Source of the DNA: Epithemia pelagica
Lineage: Eukaryota; Protista; Bacillariophyta
Assembly: GCA_946965045.2 (NCBI GenBank)
Contig: OX337237.1
Coordinates: 2,728,001 to 2,792,000, forward strand
DNA: 64,000 bases
Reading direction: 5' to 3'
This document shows positions 1 to 11,717 of this stretch, piece by piece (the stretch's first letter is position 1; the number at the start of each line of letters is the position of its first letter). The translations under genes and the position numbers were made by a program. The notes beneath the pieces are model-generated. The model saw only the letters and a list, made by a program, of their open reading frames with translations, did no database searches and was not told the DNA's origin.

Positions 1-1
1 C

Positions 2-292
2 ATGTTTGGAGATAACCGCTCTGTCGTTATCAATAGCACCACACCACACTCAATCATCTCCAAGAGGCACCATCTCCTATCCTATCACCGAGTCCGTGAA
101 GCTATCGCTGCAAAGTACGTCGCATTCTACTGGAAAGATGGAAAGACAAACCCAGCTGATATCCTCAGTAAACATTGGGAATTCGCCGCAGTTTGGCCCA
201 TGCTCAGATCTTTGTTATTCTGGAGAGGAAAAATCCAGGAAAATGATGAGGGAATTGACAAGCCTCATTCGACGAATTGTGGGGAGTGTTAG
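2..292 (+). CDS. Copia (CoDi-like) pol C-terminus, RNase H fragment; 5' part lies outside the window
   Basis: FGDNRSVV...KRHHLLSYHRVREAIAA...NPADILSKHW matches the Ty1/Copia RNase H end. It is followed by a purine tract (GGGGAG, 281-286) and TG at 287. Confidence 0.9.
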   Translation: MFGDNRSVVINSTTPHSIISKRHHLLSYHRVREAIAAKYVAFYWKDGKTNPADILSKHWEFAAVWPMLRSLLFWRGKIQENDEGIDKPHSTNCGEC

Positions 293-1010
293 GATTCTCA
301 CCAAAAACTAGGTGGCGAAACCTACAACTCATCGAATGATGCTAGTATTTTATGGCATCCGATGACATTTTCCTAAAAAAAGTGAGAAAAGAATGTCGGC
401 ATGCTCGCGAAACTATAAATTTGGCCACGGCATGCTCGCAGTGCACGCGTTATCGGCGACCGCTCGGATATTAACTATGGCCCAACACGTGCGCGCCCAA
501 AACTATCAAGTGCGCGCCTCTACTATCCGAGTACGCGCATCCACGATTTGACCTAACGGTCTATGTAATCAAAGCACGAATCACGATCACGCGAGACCAT
601 ATCTCTGTTCCCACAAATCCAAGAATGCAAACAGCAACGCGCCCAGGACAAGACTTATACCACGACAAAGCAAGAGCTGTTGCATCCCATACATGTTATC
701 CATCACCCTATACATTCAATATACACCAATGCCGGTCTACTCCAACCAGTGAGGACCTATCACACCAGATCCATGGCCGTATGCAAGAGCCAGGACTTCG
801 GCACCGTCAACCACCTTAGTTAGTAATCGTCTCACAATCATTAATATCACCATTTTAACACTCATCTTAAGACTTACCTCTTATCAGTGGACCGACTGCC
901 CCCACCCACGGCGGACTTCGACTTGCAACTCTTCTCTGACCCGTGGAGGATTGTTGTATCGGTTGGTGATTCGATTGTCGGCTCAGCGAGCCTTTTACCT
1001 ATCCTAACTA
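287..1010 (+). mobile_element. 3' LTR of a Copia element (~724 bp, TGTTAGGAT...ATCCTAACTA)
   Basis: Starts directly after the PPT and aligns along its length with the TSD-bounded solo LTR at 56941-57649. Termini are imperfect inverted repeats. Confidence 0.8.
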
Positions 1011-1641
1011 TCTGTCTAACCCCTGTTGAATCGAGAGAAGTTTATCAGATAGGTCTACGTGAAATGTTCGGTCCTGCCAAGGGTCATGTGTCATAGGTTC
1101 TTGGCGGCAACAGGTTTGGAATAGTTGGAGTCGATTCATGTGATGTATATGACATGTATATGTGGGCGGATAACATATACAGGGTCAACAGCTCTTGCTT
1201 TGGGTTGGCATAGTTGTTTTCATGGCGCGCAGCTTGTTGACAATTTGGAGATTGTGGGAATGGAAATATGGTCTCGCGTGATCGTGTGTCGTGCTTGGGA
1301 TACTTAGACCGTTGGATCGGATAGATGCCGATAGCGCTCGGATGTCGCTTGGGCGCGCTCGATGATTTCGGGCGCGTACGCTTAGGGCGTTAGTATAATG
1401 TCCGAGCAACGGCCAAATTTATGTCCGTTGTAATACCGCACGACCCAGTTTAGTCTTGAGAGTGAGTTCGTCAATCTATTCTCACTTTTCATGATTTGCG
1501 AAGAAATATAGGTCGATATAGCGCGAAGCTAGGGAACATAGCTCGAAGCTAGATGGCATGATGCGATAGCACGAGGCTATGTGACATGGGGAATCGATGA
1601 GATGTAGAATCTAACCACCATAGACGGTGAGAATTCTAACA
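1011..1641 (-). mobile_element. Diverged LTR of the same family in opposite orientation, 3'-truncated
   Basis: The reverse complement starts TGTTAGAATTCTCACC at 1641 and shares blocks with LTR 287-1010 (CACGATCACGCGAGACCATAT, CAAAGCAAGAGCTGT, ACTCCAAC). Confidence 0.75.
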
Positions 1642-3953
1642 GGTATAACTGCGATGACAAACGTGGGCACGAGGACATCAATGACTGTGCCATTGATTTG
1701 ATGCTGGCAAGTGAGGCACCAAAAAGGGAATGCCAACGGATAGTCTTGACCAGCCGAATCCCAACAAATGGAACGCGAGTCCAAGTTCAATGCTGACAAG
1801 CTGATGTAACAGTGTCATGATGACGACGAGACTAGCTACAACGAAGATTTGTAGGTCTCAACCAAAGATGACCATGATGGTAAACAATTGGTGGAAATAC
1901 CGACTTGGACGATGAACGTCAGGAGAGATACTGATGATGAACATCGGTAAAATGACGGTACACTAATGGCCAAAATGATCCGCAAATGGCAAGTGTGGTC
2001 AATTGGTTTCAATGACTGATGCCAATGACTCCATGTCATTTCTACCTTGGCAACAAGCACATTGGTGGATTGTTGTCAGGATGAGGAGGTTGTGACCTCA
2101 GGTTTCACCTTGGTGATTCCCCGTGAGGTTCACAGCGACGCCAAATGTGATCGTAGCATGGAATTCGAGCATTTGTGTGTTTTGGAGTGGTGATGAGTCT
2201 GAGCCATGAAAAACCCAAATAATGACATTTTGGGAGTTTTCGACTTGGCACACCACAAATCAAGTTCTGACGAGGATTTGTGATGTTTTACGCTCTATTT
2301 TCCGCTGTGACCTTGGTGATTTTGGTGCACGAGACACGCAGCCAAGGCGGGAAACCGAGAAAAGCATGAGACTTTGTTGTCCTGAGCATTGTCTGCGTGA
2401 GGGGAGGAATGAACACCTCCATCACCAAATTTCTCAATTTTCATGATGATTCTGCAATTTCATCCATTCTGCGAAATAGTCCTACGAAATTGGAAGGTGG
2501 GAAACTGGCTCATTTCACGATGAAATGATGACATTGGGATTTTGTAGACGAGAAAATGACCGTTTGGAAATATCCGAGCATCCCGTCTTGGCCCAATGAA
2601 ATATTGATATGGAAACATGCCCAAATGCAAAATTGTATGAGGTATGCAACCTTGGGCCTTTCCATTGTCATGTGACCAGAGAGCGGTTTTGGGACAGAGA
2701 TGACAGTGCATCTTCGTGTTGCCTCCAACACTCGATGTTCTGGCCCAGATGCATGGGCAATCAGGGACAAGTGTTCCCGTGTCCTGGGATGGAGTAGGTG
2801 ATGATCACCGAGCAACTCCCATGTAAAGTGCAAGTGGATGTAACCATGATGGCGAACCACTGATGTTTTGGTAGTGGATGTAGCCATGAAGGCGAACCAC
2901 TATGTTTGCAATGGCGAATTGAAGGGAAATGTGTCCCTTTACCGATGTGAGCTTTGCATGACGGTAAAGCACACAAATTATAAGTTGAATGGTGGATGTA
3001 ACTACGACGGTGAACCACCACAGATGGAAGTGCGGAGTGGACTACACATTCATGTGGAACCACTTCGAGGGGAATGTGACGTGGTGTTGAGTGATTGTCA
3101 TAACGACACAGCACGAGTTGACGAGTGATCGAAAGAGGTGGATCATTTTGGTGGATGTAGCTATGACAGTGAACCACCAAGGAGCTCATTTTGTCCCAAG
3201 GTGGGGACAAAAGTCAGACATGTATCTGAGTGAATTCATGCGAGGAATGGAATGTGCACTTGGCACTGGACCCTCATGAGCAGGGTGTACGTAGATGGGA
3301 TGCAGCCGTCTGTACAGTGCTGAGATTTGATGGGATGAACCACCACATGCGAGCACATTCTCACATTTTGAGCAACGATTGGGCAAGTTGATCCCTCCAC
3401 GATGGCGGAACCAACTTGAGGGGAGTGATAAAATATGGCCCCTAAAATGCCCCAAGCACAAAAGTGTCGAACTGGCAGCCGAATTCGTCGCCGTTTCGAA
3501 CGATTTTGGCGAGTGCCATCAACAGCAAATTTACACAGTTACCTTGATAACAATCGTATAATTTCCTTGTTACCGATTTAGATGAGGGAATTTCAGCAAA
3601 TTCATTCAAAGAATTCGGGGATGAGTAATGGGAGTACTCCTCTAGGAGGTACTCCTAGGAGAGTACCTCCGGTTTGGCTACCGCTAGCTAGCTATGCTAG
3701 AGCAATCCAGTCCCAGGAAGCATCTGGCGGCACTTTTTCATCGTTAATCAGACGTTATATTATATGACACATTCAACATTGTCAGAGCTTTTGAACTCGA
3801 CGTCTCTGTTAAGTATATACCTTTTACCGTTAAATATGCCACATCGCCAGATGGTGACGCCAGCCGGCATTCCCTCTCTGATCACCCGCTCTTCACTAAA
3901 AGCTGAAAGCGATCCTTTGAGCGGACAGCGGAAGCAGAAAGCTGTTGCGCACA

Positions 3954-6345
3954 ATGTTGCCTGGATCTTCCGCCTCTTCGAGAACGGCATTTCGATTATG
4001 GGATCGAAGCAAGAATCATAGAGATCTATCTCAAAGAAGAAACGGAGAGGATGATGAAAGAGCAACCATCGGAGCGATGCATCACAAGGAAGGAGTCCAT
4101 GGTGCACCACAAATTGTGAAGCAGGTTCTGGTAGGTGAGCCGAGCATTCGTTCGGGAGAAGTTCGACCTATCCATGATCCCCAGCGCTCCTGCAGCTTCA
4201 TTCCTGTTGTATCCGTAGAAGACGAAGGTGCTTTGGAAAAAACTGAGCACAGGGACGACACTCAACATGACAACGATGGTTCTTTCCCCCAAAATCGTAT
4301 CAACAGTGGTGATGACACAGATTGCGGTCCTTTGTCGCCCAAACGCGAGGCTGCAGACGAACTTGATTATACGAGTCGTTGCACCAATGATGACATCACC
4401 CGAGTTATGGACGAAGGGCCACCAAAGAACATCAAGACTATTCGATATGTTATGGACCCAGGATCGGTCGTACCAACTCATCGCGCCACCACACTGGACG
4501 AATCCGACGAAGATATGGGATCGCGTCCTCTGTCCTCGTTTTCATCATCTTATGATGAGATTGAAAGTCTTCGTCGTTGTCGAAAACAGGAAAATCCTGG
4601 CGACTCATTGAGTGCGGAAAAGATTTCCGATTACGACGAAAATGGACAATCTATCAAGCAACCATTGTCTGCATCGGACGCCTCGTCCTCCAAATCCTTT
4701 CACACCGAATACGCATCGCGGAAGGAGCTAATTCATCGAATGGAATGGTTACAAGGACAGCTCGACCATGCCAAACATGTCTTGGCCAAAGAAAAGACGA
4801 ATCGCAAGCGCAAACAAAAGAGTTTGATCAAACTGGCAGATGAAATGATGAGACGACAACGAGAAAGAAGTGAATTACAGGCCTCTATCAAGGAGGTATG
4901 AACAGTCATGAGAATTTTCCGTGTATTTGATTTGTTCCATGGTCACCTGCAAACTGTCTCTCACCTAAATAGTTTCGTGTTCGTTTAATCGTTGCGAAGC
5001 TTTCCATTCAATTGCTACAAACAAAGACCAAACTGCTGCAATCCAACAATGACCGTGACAGTCTTGATCGTATGCTCAAACTAGGCTCGGGACAGATCAA
5101 AGCATCGTTGGAACAAGAGACAAATTCACGGACCACTGGCAACTCCCTTTCATTTAATGCGACAGTCATGGATACCGTTGACCAGTCTCTTCCAGCTGGA
5201 ATTGAGACGATCGAGAAAGAAGCAGTGAATGGACTGATGGTTTTACAGCAGCATTCTAGGAACAGCTCTACGGTTGGAAAGGGTGTATTCTGTACCTCAA
5301 ATTACTCGTCACTTGAGATCACGAGAGAAGAAGACGTGAGATTGAGCAATCGCAACCCCTCATCCCAAAACGACAACTACTACGCTCGGTCCGTGGCCAC
5401 CAAGACTGTATGCACTGGCGTTTTTGCCCATTCTGACAGTGTGGCCCCCAGTACTGATTCCGACACATATTTGCCGCAGTCACCACAGATTGTTGACTTT
5501 TCGGTTGTCATGTTGTCTTCGGAAACCATCCAGCGAGAAAATGTGATAAGGTTGAATTCCGAAACTCAGACCACAAACAATGGATACACCGTTGCGGCCA
5601 CCACAGAACCAACCAGTTCCCCGAGGAAAACCATCAAAAATCGACCACCGCAAGATGCTTTGTCGGCTTCATCAGGAACACTACCAATCCCCTCAACGAC
5701 TCGCTCAAAATTGTCCAACGCAGCACAATCTAGCGAATCCACGCAACAGGAAGCTCTCGCTCCGGGTGAATCTCGGCAAGAAGAAGGTAGATCTCGGGTT
5801 TCTAGACGCTACTTTCACAATGGCTTGTGTGCAGTTCTGATTGGTCTGTCGTTGCTGCTGACAGCGGCAGTCTTGTATCTATTGCACACTGACCTTTTTG
5901 AACTAAACGGGTGGTGTTCCCCTGTCATGCCTGGAATGACTGTGTCGCCAATGGATGAAATTGAATGTGTTATGATGCGCCCTGGTGGGTAGCCGATGAG
6001 TCCCTATGGAAAGCTCGAGCGTTTGAAATTCTCTGTGGAAGCATTCGTCCTCGAATTCGATTGCACTGGAACAACAGAGGAGGTTTGCTACTGACCGAAA
6101 TTGGTGGAAATACGACTCTGCCCCACACCAATTCATTCGACATCAATTACCGGCCTATCAACCCAGGATTGTACTATGATAGGCACCAAGCACGGAAACG
6201 TCTGTCTTCTGACATGAAGGAAGTTTCACTTGTGAAAAGTACCTTCCAAAATATCTCTATGGTGAACATTACCGCCAGGGCGCTATTCGTCCACGGTCAA
6301 ACACCAGATCTTCTGCAAGAAATCCCAGCTCCATGGGCACTCTGA
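3954..6345 (+). CDS. Uncharacterised coiled-coil protein with a C-terminal TM segment; intron 4896-4972; apparent frameshift near 5968
   Basis: ORFs 3945-4901 and 5012-5992 join in phase 0 across a GT..AG intron (4896-4972). TM-like LIGLSLLLTAAVLYLL. The overlapping ORF 5965-6345 continues with YDAPWW...AFEILCG. The start codon is uncertain. Confidence 0.55.
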
Positions 6346-6579
6346 ACTACTACCTTACGTGCTGCATCGCACTCGTATCGAGAGTTCCTGGCGCCGTATT
6401 ACATCATAGATTTGAGAGTTTGTCTTTATGTACACTAAAATGAACCTGTGAGATCACCAGATCAACTACCATGTTAACTAGTTGTCTATTCTCTCAAATT
6501 GTGCCAACCCATCTAATGAGCTGAGAAAGGACACCTGGAGAACTCGTACAGCCGACACTTGGAGAAGAGAGTTCAGAAT

Positions 6580-8982
6580 TTATCGCCAGGGACGACGTCT
6601 AAGAGCTGGTAGAACGTTGTTCGCGATTTGACGATAAAGCTGTGATCTAAATGGAGAACAAAATGCCAACCCTCTCGGAGAAAACGAGGGCTCGCGTAGA
6701 CACAGCGTAGAGGACAGTGTTGAAGTGGTTCTATCTGACTCCAGTTGCCTCGAAGCAGACCAGCTTGTGGTACAAAGACTTCTCACGGATGACAATGGTG
6801 ACGAGACCGTTGTTGGCGATACCGGGGATGGCGTGGTGGGTGGCAACCAGGTTGGTCGGCGGGAAGGATAGGTTCCTGTGATAGCTGCTTCGATGCAATC
6901 GGCCGTCGATGCGAATCGAAAGGGGCGATTGGTCAAACCTGGTCCATAATGCGCATATTTACCACTGTTTGTCAACGTTGCCGTTTGGGGTGTTGTGGGT
7001 ATGACTGGAGGGTCCAACAACATGCACCAGCAAGTGTCTTGGACAAACTCGACACCAAATTCTTGCAAGGGTTTGATGAAACCTTGTTTCTCAGCTTGAT
7101 TGAAGACATGTCTCGATATACAAGCCATGATGCGGACATTTTCATGTTTCCGTGTATTTGTAGTCGTCCATTCCTTTGAATGAGATGCCGGGGAGAAAAG
7201 TGGAGGTAATGGGGGCAGTTGTTCGTTCGTGGTCCCTAGCAACTTGCGACGCTTCAAGTGTCCGATCAATTCCTGGCATTCTGTCACCGACAAGTGCGGG
7301 TTTCCCAGGGCAATCAGTTCGACTGGTTGGTTACTTTCTCGATCTCGGTCCAGCAAGTCAAACGTTTCGGCCATCTGTTGCAACGTGACAGTGACCAATG
7401 AATCTTGCTTCAACAGTTCATTGAAGCCGATGTTCATGCGCCATTCTTCGTTCCATGTGGAGGGATCCGACGCTTCAGGCGTGACACCAGCAATGTGAAT
7501 CAGGGGTGATGTACCTGTGGTTCCAAACGCGGCGCAAAATGCCTTGAGATGATCATGGGTTATATCACCCGCCCAAGGTTCCAGACCGAGGAGCAAGGGT
7601 ACTTTGCCATCGGAAAGAGATCCACACAAATGTCCCAAGACCGGAAACAAAACATCCCAAGAAGCATCGCTAGTGGTATATCCGTTTCGAGGAGTCATGG
7701 AGGATGCTGTTACTTGCTGTACCAATTCACGGGCGTCCAATACAATACCTGGTACACGATTCTCATCCAAATGAACACATGTCTCCGGTACAAATCCAGC
7801 AATAGCACAGCAAATGTCCAAATAGTCAGCGTACTTGGTGGTGCGAGCACCCAAAACTGAGTTGGCAAATACCACTGCATTGCTCTCACCCCAACAAATG
7901 TGCTGTCCGCGCTTTGGAGGATTCTGTAATAGATAGGGTGCACAAGTAAAAGAGGATTGACATCCAAGTTTCAAGTAAAGGTCGCCCAATTGATTGGCAC
8001 TACAAGCATAGTCCTCTGGCACCCCTAGTTCTCGCCACTGTCGACGATCTGTTGAAACGGAATTCAGCGTAGTGGGAACCTTGACCTTTCCACCGGCTTG
8101 CACCAAGCTCTCGGCAAACCGGTACCCAGCGTGTCCAATATAGGTACAACCGTCAATATGGGCACTTTCAATCGATCGAAACGAAGGGCGCATGCAATAA
8201 ACGTCACCAGACAAACTGGAATCGGATTCCTTCTCCTGTTTTAGTTGCATGATTCTGGCATATCGGTATATAACCCGCATGGCCATATTTTCTGCCTTTG
8301 TTTGACAGCCTTTCAACGTATTTTCTTCCTCTGGCCTGTATATCAATTTCTTCGGATTCCAATCTGCATCGTCCTCCGACCAGTCTTCCAGTAGGTCTTG
8401 CTGATCCAGTGTCAAGGGTTCCCTGTCTATCCCAATCTGAATTTTTGGGAGGGGGTTTCCAAAGTGAGTTGCGTACAATTCACAATTTGCAGGTGTCGCT
8501 TGGATCCTTTGACGCAGTCTCTCAAAGTCATCTTTCCCCACCCAAATAATATCAGGGCATTGATGTTGAAGATCCAACACTTCTTGCGCCACTAGGGCTC
8601 CAACAGCTAACAAACCGTCGATGTCCCGAAGAAGAATGGCAAAGGGTGCCTTACGACGGTCGATCAATTCTAACAAGACTTGAGAGCCGGTGCAAGAGCC
8701 ACGCCCTGACGGCAAGCAAATAATTTTACCAGATATATTTTGTCCATGCCAAGGATGGTGGATATCAATAACAGTTCCAGATTTGGGATCGACCCCTCCC
8801 CAGAAGCTCAAGGGGACATCGGTAAACAAAAACCTAGTGGAATGAAATCCAGGAGGATAACGCCGGTGGAAGTTTAGCAAATTCTCCACTAAGTACGTTC
8901 CAAAGATATCATGGGGGTTGTCTTTTGTATTCTCTAGCGATGTCATGGGCTGATCGTTGTCAAAAAGGGGACTCTCTACCAT
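6580..8982 (-). CDS. acnX: Fused aconitase X (DUF126 swivel + DUF521), cis-3-hydroxy-L-proline dehydratase-like
   Basis: N-terminal SFWGGVDP..G..ID.HHP..GQ..SGKI..LPSGRGSCTGSQVLLELI. Catalytic-domain motifs HIDGCTY, PTTLNS, CAPYLL, WGESNAVVFANSVLGART, LGNPH and DTCWC. Uninterrupted ORF; first ATG at 8982. Confidence 0.9.
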   Translation of the reverse strand: MVESPLFDNDQPMTSLENTKDNPHDIFGTYLVENLLNFHRRYPPGFHSTRFLFTDVPLSFWGGVDPKSGTVIDIHHPWHGQNISGKIICLPSGRGSCTGSQVLLELIDRRKAPFAILLRDIDGLLAVGALVAQEVLDLQHQCPDIIWVGKDDFERLRQRIQATPANCELYATHFGNPLPKIQIGIDREPLTLDQQDLLEDWSEDDADWNPKKLIYRPEEENTLKGCQTKAENMAMRVIYRYARIMQLKQEKESDSSLSGDVYCMRPSFRSIESAHIDGCTYIGHAGYRFAESLVQAGGKVKVPTTLNSVSTDRRQWRELGVPEDYACSANQLGDLYLKLGCQSSFTCAPYLLQNPPKRGQHICWGESNAVVFANSVLGARTTKYADYLDICCAIAGFVPETCVHLDENRVPGIVLDARELVQQVTASSMTPRNGYTTSDASWDVLFPVLGHLCGSLSDGKVPLLLGLEPWAGDITHDHLKAFCAAFGTTGTSPLIHIAGVTPEASDPSTWNEEWRMNIGFNELLKQDSLVTVTLQQMAETFDLLDRDRESNQPVELIALGNPHLSVTECQELIGHLKRRKLLGTTNEQLPPLPPLFSPASHSKEWTTTNTRKHENVRIMACISRHVFNQAEKQGFIKPLQEFGVEFVQDTCWCMLLDPPVIPTTPQTATLTNSGKYAHYGPGLTNRPFRFASTADCIEAAITGTYPSRRPTWLPPTTPSPVSPTTVSSPLSSVRSLCTTSWSASRQLESDRTTSTLSSTLCLREPSFSPRGLAFCSPFRSQLYRQIANNVLPALRRRPWR

Positions 8983-9389
8983 GCAAAGCACCGACACTGA
9001 CACACACCAAAAGATACGATCTAGGTAGTGTAAACCTGTAAGAGAAAAAATGATAATGTCTGGCTCCGCGGACGGAGCACCAGAAGGAACCCTTGCCGCT
9101 ACCTCTCCTTATTTACAAGCGATAGCTCTCCTCTAGTGTTATTTAGTATAGCAGTTCATGTCTAATTCTCTCGGTACCCGTTACCTATATGACCGCCAAA
9201 GAAGCAAAAGATATAATATATAATATCCATATTCTCTCACATGATGGGGACAATGTCAAATTCCTCTCTTATGACTGGAATATATACTCGAAAACTTATT
9301 TCTCTAGGTCCGTGGTGAGAGGGCAAACAATTTGTCGTTGTCTCTCTCTCCCTCTCTTGTGGTGTGCCCTGAAAGTTTCTTCTTCCCAT

Positions 9390-9571
9390 CATTCAAAGAA
9401 CCCTGCGAATTGGTGGTAGACTCCCTGTCCCACACTAGACTGTCCCAATAACATTCATTAAGACTGCGCATGAAATTAGCGAAAGGTGATCATTCGAATA
9501 ACCCTGCGAATTGGTGGTAGACTCCCTGTCCCAATAACATTCATTAGGACTGCGCATGAAATTAGCGAAAG
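9390..9571. repeat. Tandem duplication of an ~85-bp unit
   Basis: ACCCTGCGAATTGGTGGTAGACTCCCTGTCCC...AATAACATTCATTA(A/G)GACTGCGCATGAAATTAGCGAAAG occurs at ~9400-9485 and ~9501-9571. The first copy has a 15-nt internal insertion. Confidence 0.9.
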
Positions 9572-11717
9572 ATAAGCCCCTTGACTCTCCTGGTAGTAAT
9601 GGTCGAGCCTACCACAACAATAAGTTGCATTTCGTATCTCGAGGTCTAGGTCGCTCGCTTGTCCAACAATATGACGTCAAGATTGTCAAAAAAGGAGCAG
9701 CCAAGTCGATACGAGCCACAGTCAAGAGGGTCATGAGTTCCACGTTTGGAGCAAGTAGCAGCCAAGCCCATGGACAGATATTCCATATGCCACGAGCACC
9801 TGATTAAAATTCGATCATAGTGTCATATGGCCTTGCTTGGTCACAGTCTTGATGTCCAGGATACAATGTCTGTTTCTTGTTGGAGAAAGCAAATCCACCA
9901 AGACTTCGAACTAGCCCGTGTAGAACGTGGTTGGTCGACCATGCAGAGGTGCTTGTCGAATGATCTTTTCCGACAGCTTTAGAGGTACATCATGTCCATA
10001 ATTCCTTTCCCAGGTAGTTACCAGTACCAGTACCAGTACCAAACACAATCATGCATGTGCCGTCGGAATACGTTCTTATTGCGTGTCGACTTGATATGTG
10101 TCTCATGGGCCGAGGTCCAAAAAGGATTCGATCGTCGTGGCAGCATTCGGTCCGTTGATGTCTCTCGGCAATCGGCACTCGACGTGGAGCTGCCTACGAA
10201 TCTCCTTCCACCAGAGGGAGAGCACGTGATGGCTGTGTGGCACTGCACATTCTCGTCGTGCGTATCCACTAGGAAAACTAAGGGCTGGGTAAGCCGATCC
10301 ATGTTCGGCTAGGTAGGTTCAGTACAAAAGCTACGTATTGTACATAAAATCCCATAGTACACGTCATACCTGAAATGGTTGGAAGTCCGAAAAAATGCAA
10401 AAACACTCCACGATGACGGCGAGATCCGGTGATGCCGTATGCATTCACTCATGCATCGCATCAACATCCGACTACTGTAAGTTGTTTGAGTTTGCTAGTA
10501 TTACTGCGTTCTGCAGCTACAGAAGATTTGTCGCGTTGGATCAAAAGGTATACTCATTTTTCTTTGGTGATGTATTCCAAAAACCTTCCTAACTTCATCA
10601 TTTCTCAACGGTGACTGAATCAAATTGAAAGCATAGTTGATCTAGTAGTAAAGAGTCTTATTCTAGAAGTGATTCAGTCAAGCCCAATTATCCAGGAAGT
10701 TATTGCCATGGGGGTGATGGCTTCGACCATTGTCTAATGGTGGCTTCCGGATTGCATTGTTTCTCGTGGCGACATGTTTTCGATTTGCGACTCGGTGTGA
10801 CCATCCGCCCCACTTGTTACAGTGATGAAAATAGTACTACGTAGCTTAATATACTGAACCTACCTAGCCGAACATGGATCGGCTTACCCAGCCCTTACCT
10901 ACTTGTTGGTCTGTATTATGCTCACTCCCTGGCTGACGTAGGCCCGCCTCTGGAGGAGATACTCCTACAATAATTATTTGGTTGGCGGATGGACGATCTG
11001 GGAACGCAAAACAAATTCCAGAGTTTCACGTCCCAAAAATTCTATTCTATTTTATTACAAAAATGGATTCAGAGTGCGGAGTAGTTGCTTTTTGTCGACG
11101 ACGTCACCGTAGGGTGAGTGTGTTTGTTCGCCTCCCATACAAAGGAGCCACAGTCAGTAGGCGCGCGGCTTTGGATCCATCGCGACGAGAGAGCGAAAGA
11201 GCACACAAACCAACCATCACCGACAAGAACGACCTATATCCATTCCATTCGAATCATTTAGCATTCACTCAAGGTAAGCGACCAGGAAACCAACCATGGG
11301 AATAGTCAGTCAGTGTCATCATTATACGAGCAGCAGGGCGGAGGAGGAGTGGTCGGAAATGACAGCAGACCGTGGTCTTCCTTTTCGACGAGCCTGTGAC
11401 TGGATGGTCATTGGTGAGGAATTGCAGCGACCGACGTACTGGATGACAGCTACGACTTGATATATTGCGGCAATTCATATGCAAGAAAGATGTTCGGGTG
11501 CACTCAAAGAAGAAGGAGCTTAGTGCACATGGGTTACTGAATGCGACATTAGTTTGTCGAACGCCCAAAAGATTTCTGGTCGACGCTGCATGGTTGCATT
11601 TGCGTTCCGCCATGAGTGGCTGCGAGCCGATGACTGGAGAATCTTTTTGTCGCAAATTGATATATGCGTGCAAACACTAGGTAGCTTACAGATTTGTCTT
11701 TGATTGTCCATGCACAG

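Noticed and set aside
10015-10045. (CCAGTA)n repeat
   Set aside because: Ordinary short microsatellite with no supporting context.
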